IMG/VR virus record: IMGVR_UViG_3300005673_000301
Reading direction: 5' to 3' (one strand)
DNA from: a virus
DNA length: 64,000 nucleotides
Positions 57,809-64,000 of this stretch are shown here, piece after piece; position 1 is the first letter of the stretch, and the number at the start of each line of letters is the position of its first letter. The translations under genes were made by a program, and so were the position numbers. The notes beneath the pieces were generated by a model. It saw nothing but the letters and a program-made list of their open reading frames with translations. It was not told the DNA's origin and made no database searches.

Positions 57809-58412
57809 CTGGAATGAACCACCGACTAGTCGCACCCGTAAGGTCCGAGCAGACAAGTTGCCAAGAAGGCATTGCCCTATCTGTGGCGCACAGGTCCCAA
57901 AGGCAAGCAGCAAATACTGCTCGCGTGCCTGCTGCACGATTGACCAGACTGGTCGGGAGAGCCCGCGCAAGGTCGACGATCCAGTCCAGCACATTCTCAG
58001 TCGCACAAAGGTGAACGAACGCGGGTGCTGGGAAGGGCAGGGGTTCCTGACCCCGGAGGGGTACGGGCAAGGAACCCTCGCCGTGTTAGGTGGACGGTAC
58101 CTGGCTCATCGTGCCCTGTACCAGCTTCTTGTTGGACCTGTCGCGGACAACCTGGTGATGGATCACCTATGTCGGAATCCGCGGTGCTGCAATCCGAAGC
58201 ATCTGGAGCCTGTGCCGCAGGCCGTCAACATGGAGCGAGGGTATGTCGAGCCGCGGAAGGTCGATGCGGCCCGGTCGAAGACTCATTGCCGGAACGGTCA
58301 CCCGTACACAACCGAGAGCACAGGGAAGCACTCTAACGGAAGTCGACGCTGCCGGACGTGTGCAGCCGAGTGGGCGCGTCGCGCACGGGCTAACACCAGG
58401 GCGGCGGCATGA
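57801..58412 (+). CDS. HNH endonuclease
   Basis: GCWE, AHRALY, DHLCRNPRCCNPKHLEPV..AVN; KTHCRNGHPY Zn finger. Confidence 0.9.
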   Translation: MTDWNEPPTSRTRKVRADKLPRRHCPICGAQVPKASSKYCSRACCTIDQTGRESPRKVDDPVQHILSRTKVNERGCWEGQGFLTPEGYGQGTLAVLGGRYLAHRALYQLLVGPVADNLVMDHLCRNPRCCNPKHLEPVPQAVNMERGYVEPRKVDAARSKTHCRNGHPYTTESTGKHSNGSRRCRTCAAEWARRARANTRAAA

Positions 58413-59101
58413 CTTCTTGGACAGATATGCCTCTCGCATCCTTTGACCTGGAAACCTCGGGCATCGATGTGTTCACCGACAAGGTGGTGACTGGCTGCAT
58501 TGTGCGAATCGATGGGGCGAAAGCGTCGGCGAAGACGTGGTTGGCGAATCCAGGTGTAGTGATCCCTGCTGAAGCCACTGCGGTACATGGCGTCTCCACT
58601 GAGCATGCCCGCGAGCACGGCCTACCGCATGATGAGGTCGTCGCGGAGATCGTGGATGAGTTGTATTCCTGCTGGCAGGAGGGGAGGTACATCTCCTGCT
58701 TTAACGGTAGCTTCGACTTTTCTCTGATCGCCTCGAACCATCCGCGGTTCGAGGTTCGTGGACTCATCTTCGACGGCTATGTTGTCGATCGCGCGATGGA
58801 CCCGTACCGGCCGGGAAAACGCACTCTCGAAGCGGTCTGCGACCACTACGGGGTGCGCCTGGATGCCGCCCACAATGCGGAAGCTGATGCGCTTGCGGCG
58901 GCACGGTTGGCGTGGAAGCTGCCACGCGTCTACCCAACCCTCGCCCTTGCATCCCCCGACAGTCTCATGGCCAGCCAAACCGACTGGTATCGGGAGCGGG
59001 CGTACAGCTACATCGACTACCTGCGTCGCAACCACCGACCCTACGACACCGTCAACACCGCATGGCCAATCCAAACCCCACCGAAAGCCACCGCAGCGTG
59101 A
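58409..59101 (+). CDS. DnaQ-like DEDDh 3'-5' exonuclease
   Basis: FDLETSG, VHG, FNGSFD, AHNAEADALA. Confidence 0.92.
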   Translation: MTSWTDMPLASFDLETSGIDVFTDKVVTGCIVRIDGAKASAKTWLANPGVVIPAEATAVHGVSTEHAREHGLPHDEVVAEIVDELYSCWQEGRYISCFNGSFDFSLIASNHPRFEVRGLIFDGYVVDRAMDPYRPGKRTLEAVCDHYGVRLDAAHNAEADALAAARLAWKLPRVYPTLALASPDSLMASQTDWYRERAYSYIDYLRRNHRPYDTVNTAWPIQTPPKATAA

Positions 59102-59928
59102 CCAGACCCAATCTGATCCGATCACAAATCCCGGTCCTCGGCCCCTACAAAAGCCAAAAGGTATACCTCCTCCGCAAAGCCAAAGGCATCCCATCCATGG
59201 TCGACGCGGAACCAATCGTCAAACACATTCAATGGCTCCACTCGATCGGCTTCAACAACGAATCCATCGGAGCCGCAGCAGGACTCCCACCCGCAACACT
59301 GTGGGGATTCCAAAACTACGGCTACAAGCGCATCCACATCGACCGGGCATCCCGCATCATGGCCGTCACCCACATCCCCGTCCCTGAACAAGCCGGAATC
59401 ATCGTCCCGAACATCGGCACCAAACGCCGCATCGACGCCCTACGAGCGATCGGCTACTCCTGCGCCACCCTCGGGGAACACCTCGGCGTAACCGGCGAAG
59501 CCGTCAGCCAATATCGCGGTCGTCCAGTACGCGGCCGAACCTGGACCGCGATCCGTGACCTATACAACCAACTGTCCCACATCCCAGGCCCTAACCCGGT
59601 AGCCGCCATCCGGGCACGCAGACTGGGATGCCAGCCCCCGATGGCTTGGGAGGGGATCGACATCGACCACCCCGACAGCTGTCCCGACCCCGGAGCCAAC
59701 TCCACCAGGCAGGGTGTCGACGAAATTATGGTTGCCCGAATCCTCGCCGGCGACTACCGCGGGCGTGTTCCGCGAGCCGAACGCAACGCTGTCGTAGACC
59801 ACGTACTCACCCGCCACCCGGATCGTGCGCCCAGCATCATCGCGAAACTGCTCCACCAAACACCAGATGCTGCCGCTCAAACAGTTCTCCGGCGACGCCG
59901 CGAACTTCGAAGCCAGAAACCCTCATGA
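59098..59928 (+). CDS. HTH DNA-binding protein
   Basis: GTKRRIDALRAIGYS; PPMAW.GIDIDHP. Confidence 0.7.
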   Translation: MTRPNLIRSQIPVLGPYKSQKVYLLRKAKGIPSMVDAEPIVKHIQWLHSIGFNNESIGAAAGLPPATLWGFQNYGYKRIHIDRASRIMAVTHIPVPEQAGIIVPNIGTKRRIDALRAIGYSCATLGEHLGVTGEAVSQYRGRPVRGRTWTAIRDLYNQLSHIPGPNPVAAIRARRLGCQPPMAWEGIDIDHPDSCPDPGANSTRQGVDEIMVARILAGDYRGRVPRAERNAVVDHVLTRHPDRAPSIIAKLLHQTPDAAAQTVLRRRRELRSQKPS

Positions 59929-60650
59929 CGAAGAAACGTCAATACGGTACCTCGCGTCACCAAACCATCCCTCGGCACCTGTACGGCAAACGCTATTACA
60001 ACGCCAAAGTCCGAGGGGAAGACCTGTCCCTCGTCCCGGCTGGCCCATCCCGGAAGCATGTTCTCGAACTCCGCGAGTATGGGCTCACAATCAACATGAT
60101 CGCTGCCGCTGCCGGTTGCAACCGAACCACCATCTGCAACCTGATAGAAGACACTTATCCCACTATCCGACGTGAAACAGCAGCACGAATCCGCACGGTC
60201 ACGCACCTGCCGCACCCTGAACAAGCGCTCTGCCTGACTATCGGTGCGCGACGCCGCGCCTACGCCCTCGCCGCCATCGGATGGCCGCTCACCGAACTCT
60301 CCACCCGGATCGGGGTATCGCAACAATCGTTGTGGCTCACCCTCACCCGCCAACAGATGGCATACACCACCTGGGCCGCTATCCGAGATGCCTACGAACA
60401 ACTCTCCGGCACGCCTGGACCGAACTCAGCGTGGGCAAAACGATACCGGGCAAAGGGGCATCCACCGCCCCTCGCGTGGGACGGCAGCGACATCGACCAC
60501 CCGCACGCACAACCCGACTGGGCAGCCGCCGGAATCAAACTCGCCGAACGTCCCGTCTGCAAACGCGGCCACCCCTGGACCGCCGAAAACACAGGACGCG
60601 ACAACCGCGGAACCCGCTACTGCCGAACCTGCCGACGCACCAAACCGTAA
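59925..60650 (+). CDS. HTH DNA-binding protein with C-terminal Zn finger
   Basis: GARRRAYALAAIGWP; PPLAWDGSDIDHP; CKRGHPW...CRTC. Confidence 0.7.
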   Translation: MTKKRQYGTSRHQTIPRHLYGKRYYNAKVRGEDLSLVPAGPSRKHVLELREYGLTINMIAAAAGCNRTTICNLIEDTYPTIRRETAARIRTVTHLPHPEQALCLTIGARRRAYALAAIGWPLTELSTRIGVSQQSLWLTLTRQQMAYTTWAAIRDAYEQLSGTPGPNSAWAKRYRAKGHPPPLAWDGSDIDHPHAQPDWAAAGIKLAERPVCKRGHPWTAENTGRDNRGTRYCRTCRRTKP

Positions 60651-60664
60651 ACAGGACTCAATCT

Positions 60665-61705
60665 ATGCCCCGTGACCATGGCCGCATCCTCGTCACCATC
60701 TGGGACGACCCCGACTTCACCAACCTCACCCCAGGCGCCCAACGCCTCTACATGCTCCTGCTATCCCAACGCGGCATCAACAACGCCGGCATGCTGCCCA
60801 CACAGATCCGCAAATGGGCCAAACGGTCCAACCACACCAGCATCGCCGACATCGAAACCGCGCTCAACGAACTCACCGAAGCCCGCTTCGTCGTCAGCGA
60901 CGACAACACCGAGGAAACACTCGTACGGTCGTTCATCCGCAACGACGGCATCGTCAAACAACCCAACGTCCTCAAGAACGCCCTGCGGTGCGCAGAAGCG
61001 ATCGAAAGCCCCGCCCTACGCGCTGTCCTCGCCGACGAATTGCGGCGCCTCGGCCGCGACGACGCCAACACGGTCGCCGACCGAATCAGCAGCGAAACCG
61101 GCAGCGAAAACAGTGCAGAACTACACGCCGTCCCGAACCCTTCCGAAACCCTTCCGAAACCCTTCCGAAACCCTGCGGGGAGGGGGAAGGGGAGGGGGTT
61201 ATCTCACGTACCAGCTTTCTCAAGTTTGAAAGATGACGCGTGCGCGCGCGAAGAAGCCGACATCCAAGCCGAGATGACAGCAGCGCTCAACCAGCCCGGA
61301 CGAGCAGTCCCCATCGACGGACACAAACTCGTCCGCTCCGTCATCCCCGACAGCGAAGTACGGGCAGTCAAGTTCGAACTCGCGCTCCAAGCAAACGCGA
61401 TGCTGCACCAACAACCCCCCGTCGCCGAAGACGACATCCGGGCCGCGCTCGAACTGTGGCTGACAAAACCCGGCCTCGGACCGAAAGCTCTGCCGTCGCT
61501 CGTCTCAACCATCCTCCGAACCCGCAACCAAGCCGCCGCCAAAACCACGTACCTCCCACCCGGGCAACGGCCACTCACCAACCGCGAACAAGCACACATC
61601 GACCTCGAACGCATGAAAGACCACCCCAACCCCGAAATCCTCGCCCAATACGGCCTCACCCCCACGACACGGCTCAAAGAACTCCCCGGAGCAGCCGCCT
61701 CATGA
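60665..61705 (+). CDS. Replication initiator (RepA/lambda O-like)
   Basis: MPRDHGRILVTIWDDPDF...AQRLYMLLLSQ; RSFIRNDG; internal tandem repeats. Confidence 0.75.
   Translation: MPRDHGRILVTIWDDPDFTNLTPGAQRLYMLLLSQRGINNAGMLPTQIRKWAKRSNHTSIADIETALNELTEARFVVSDDNTEETLVRSFIRNDGIVKQPNVLKNALRCAEAIESPALRAVLADELRRLGRDDANTVADRISSETGSENSAELHAVPNPSETLPKPFRNPAGRGKGRGLSHVPAFSSLKDDACAREEADIQAEMTAALNQPGRAVPIDGHKLVRSVIPDSEVRAVKFELALQANAMLHQQPPVAEDDIRAALELWLTKPGLGPKALPSLVSTILRTRNQAAAKTTYLPPGQRPLTNREQAHIDLERMKDHPNPEILAQYGLTPTTRLKELPGAAAS
61138..61174 (+). repeat. 11-bp tandem repeat CCCTTCCGAAA x3 (candidate iterons)
   Basis: Direct repeats at 61138, 61149 and 61160 inside the rep gene. Confidence 0.75.
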
Positions 61706-62199
61706 TGACCCGCGACCAAATCATCGAACTACTCCAACTCATCCGCATCCACGACAACCGGCACGTCGACGAACCCACCATCGCCGTCTTCACCGCAGCA
61801 GCACAACGCGCCAGCTGGACCCTCCCCGAAGCCCGCGAAGCCATCCTCGACCACTACACCAACACCACCGGCGAATGGCTCATGCCCGGCCACATCACCA
61901 CCCACATCAAACACACCCAACAAGAAACCCTCCGCAACCTCCCACCCCACCGGCGATCCCGCATGGAAGCCGCCTACCACGCCCTCCAAGACATGGGCTA
62001 CCCACCGCCTGTCGCCCACCAATTCACCCGAGCCACCGAACTCGGGCAACCAACCAACATCACCCTCACCGAACACGAATGGACCGAACTCCGCACCCGC
62101 ATCACCCAACACCAAACCAGCATCGAACCCGGACCCTACAAAAACCCCCTCCAACGCATCCTCCACAAACTCGCCAACCAAAAAACCATCCCCCAATAA
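61702..62199 (+). CDS. Hypothetical protein (helicase loader/inhibitor-like position)
   Basis: DNRHVD...AILDHY...WLMPGHI; follows rep. Confidence 0.6.
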   Translation: MMTRDQIIELLQLIRIHDNRHVDEPTIAVFTAAAQRASWTLPEAREAILDHYTNTTGEWLMPGHITTHIKHTQQETLRNLPPHRRSRMEAAYHALQDMGYPPPVAHQFTRATELGQPTNITLTEHEWTELRTRITQHQTSIEPGPYKNPLQRILHKLANQKTIPQ

Positions 62200-62478
62200 C
62201 CCCCAAAACCCGTTAGGCAGCCCGAATACAATGAAAACAACACCAAAAAGCGCAGGTCAGAGGGTGTGGACGCACTGTACCGCGACGACTATTGATACAT
62301 GCTACGCACCATGTCTCAAACTGGTTTGGGTGTTGTCGTGAACGCTACGGGCTGTTTTGAGGTGTCAAACACCTGTTTCGGCTACCCGACTGCGGGAGTC
62401 GCGTTTAGATCGCTCTCCGTGGCAATTAGCGGGCAGGAAGAGGGATTGCGGAATGAGTTCGCGAATGGAGAAGCATAG

Positions 62479-62886
62479 ATGACTACCACCTTTTTCACTG
62501 CTGAGACCCGCCGTTGCATGCAGGCTCGCTTGGACGAATTGATCGGTGACCGGCCGACGTTGAAGTTCCATAGCGGCGATCCCGGTCTGCATTGCACGGA
62601 TAATTTGATCGGCGGCACCGGGTTGCCGCAGGTTATCGATTATGCGGATCCAGGGACCATTGTCGTTCGTGTCCCCGAGGAGTTGGGTGACCCGATACCT
62701 CGGAATTGGTTTCGACGTAGGAGCCCGCGCTGGCGGCCACGGTTGATCGAACTACGGTTCGTGTCCTTGTGGAACGACAAGGGTGTTCCTTTGCTGGCAC
62801 AGAAGGCGCCGCAGGGTCATGTTCGCGTTCAATCCGGCGACGAGTTCACGTTGTCGGTGTCGAGGATAGAAGTGGGTAACTGGTGA
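62479..62886 (+). CDS. Hypothetical protein resembling the 46102 tail protein
   Basis: FHSGDPG and FVSLWN motifs; GGAG RBS. Confidence 0.6.
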   Translation: MTTTFFTAETRRCMQARLDELIGDRPTLKFHSGDPGLHCTDNLIGGTGLPQVIDYADPGTIVVRVPEELGDPIPRNWFRRRSPRWRPRLIELRFVSLWNDKGVPLLAQKAPQGHVRVQSGDEFTLSVSRIEVGNW

Positions 62887-63080
62887 TCGAGGAGTGGGCG
62901 CTGCGGTACGAGGCGCGGGATTTGTCGCCGCAGATGGACAATCCGTCCGGTGTGTGCACGCAGACACTGGTGATGAGTCGGGAGCAGGCCGTTCGGGCTG
63001 TTGAGGTGGGGTTGCCTCTGAGTGGCTGGAGTCATCGGGTTGTTCGGCGGCTGGTGACTGAGTGGGAGGAGGCCGCGTAG
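62883..63080 (+). CDS. Hypothetical protein
   Basis: Coupled; VVRRLVTEWEE. Confidence 0.55.
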   Translation: MIEEWALRYEARDLSPQMDNPSGVCTQTLVMSREQAVRAVEVGLPLSGWSHRVVRRLVTEWEEAA

Positions 63081-63114
63081 TGAAGGGTACGGATGCCCGG
63101 TTCCGGACAACGGA

Positions 63115-63327
63115 GTGGTCGCCGATGCATTGGCGGCGGAGAAGGCGCGGCGTGAGAGTTACCGCGCCGCGCTGTTCCGCGACGACAGTTGCGTCGAATG
63201 CGGTTGTGTCGTGGCTGATCAGGAGCAGCATACGGTGTGGCATGAGTCGATCAACGAGGCGTTCACGGCGCTGCATATCGCGCTCCACAAAGTGGTAACC
63301 GCGATGTCGTCGAGGGGCCGCCGGTGA
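63115..63327 (+). CDS. Hypothetical Zn-binding protein
   Basis: CVECGCVVADQEQH..WH; start uncertain. Confidence 0.45.
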   Translation: MVADALAAEKARRESYRAALFRDDSCVECGCVVADQEQHTVWHESINEAFTALHIALHKVVTAMSSRGRR

Positions 63328-63593
63328 GCGATACGACTCGACATCTCATCGTGACGAACCGGAAGGGCGCGGCGATCGATTACGCACGCGTGAACGGGAT
63401 CTCGCAGCGTTACATCGTATGCCGCCTGGACGGGTTGCGGGGGCTGACATTGGACGGGTGGCGGGTGCACATCGTGTTCGACAAGACGGCTCAGACCACG
63501 CATTGGCCAGACATGATCGACCAGCTGTATGTCCTTGCGTCCATGAGTGGTCGCCCGTTGGAATCATTCTTGGAACAGGTGAGTAGCGAATGA
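63324..63593 (+). CDS. Hypothetical protein
   Basis: Coupled at both ends. Confidence 0.55.
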   Translation: MSDTTRHLIVTNRKGAAIDYARVNGISQRYIVCRLDGLRGLTLDGWRVHIVFDKTAQTTHWPDMIDQLYVLASMSGRPLESFLEQVSSE

Positions 63594-64000
63594 CCGGTAT
63601 CTGGCACACATCGGACCTGCATCTGCGGCATCGGAAGGTTGCGGAGCTCCGCGGGTTCCAGTCCGTCGACGAGCATGATGCTCTGCTGGCGGAACGCTGG
63701 GATCGTATGGTGCGCCCCCAAGATGAGGTGTGGGTGCACGGGGATGTCACGGGCCGCCGCGGCGACGAAACGTACGCGCTGGCGTGGATCGCCGCCCGAC
63801 CTGGGATCAAGCATTTGATCGCCGGCAACCACGATCCGTGTCACGGCATGCACCTCGGCGCGCACAAGGTGCTGCCGGTGTATTTGGAGGTGTTCGCGTC
63901 GGTGCAGCAGACTGCGGTCCGGAAGATCGCGGGGCAGCGGGTGTTGTTGTCGCATTTCCCGTATGCGGACGAGCACGGCGACCACACGGAGACGTTGCGG
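63590..64000 (+). CDS. Calcineurin-like metallophosphoesterase (truncated by window end)
   Basis: Read manually: WHTSDLHLRH, VHGDV, AGNHD, LSHFPY. Confidence 0.9.
   Translation, partial: MTGIWHTSDLHLRHRKVAELRGFQSVDEHDALLAERWDRMVRPQDEVWVHGDVTGRRGDETYALAWIAARPGIKHLIAGNHDPCHGMHLGAHKVLPVYLEVFASVQQTAVRKIAGQRVLLSHFPYADEHGDHTETLR

Larger units (their letters stand above)
1..64000 (+). mobile_element. Temperate actinobacteriophage (siphovirus) genome, circularly permuted or partial
   Basis: Terminase-portal-capsid-tail-tape measure-lysin modules, integrase/xis, repressor/cro, RecET; no host housekeeping operons. Confidence 0.95.

Noticed and set aside
61138..61174. CRISPR-like array
   Set aside because: Contiguous 11-bp repeats without spacers, inside a CDS; no cas genes. 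The YqaJ nuclease belongs with RecT.
1..64000. Integrated prophage with host flanks
   Set aside because: dnaN, ssb and nrdH sit inside phage operons and attP looks intact; no attL/attR junction or host gene cluster is visible.

Overview
The whole window reads as one temperate siphovirus (or its excised circular form) infecting a mycolic-acid actinobacterium. The Nocardia/Rhodococcus/Gordonia-like host is inferred from DnaN, SSB and lysin sequence style. No host chromosomal genes are visible, and the map is circularly permuted. Gene order: early and accessory genes (RuvC-like resolvase, DnaN, Pol-beta nucleotidyltransferase, SSB, receiver domain, phosphoesterase, MazG-like; 1-13.9 kb); a structured non-coding block with tRNA-fMet and atypical tRNA-like RNAs (13.9-14.9 kb); packaging, head and tail genes with a lysis cassette (19.3-50.3 kb); xis-int-attP (51.9-53.7 kb); repressor/cro; RecE/RecT, HNH, DnaQ and a replication initiator (55-62 kb). 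Highlights: (1) the large terminase carries an intein whose centre is dual-coding, with a complete HNH endonuclease gene nested in a different reading frame while the intein frame stays open; (2) two tRNA-shaped RNAs keep acceptor, D and T arms but have only a 3-4 nt loop in place of the anticodon loop, in a genome rich in RNA-end-processing enzymes; (3) attP appears to carry a -10 element and the first codons (MAEFIYQM) of an ettA-like host gene; (4) a minor head protein is fused to an ADP-ribosyltransferase, with a candidate immunity gene behind it. All calls come from motif recognition by eye; no searches were run.
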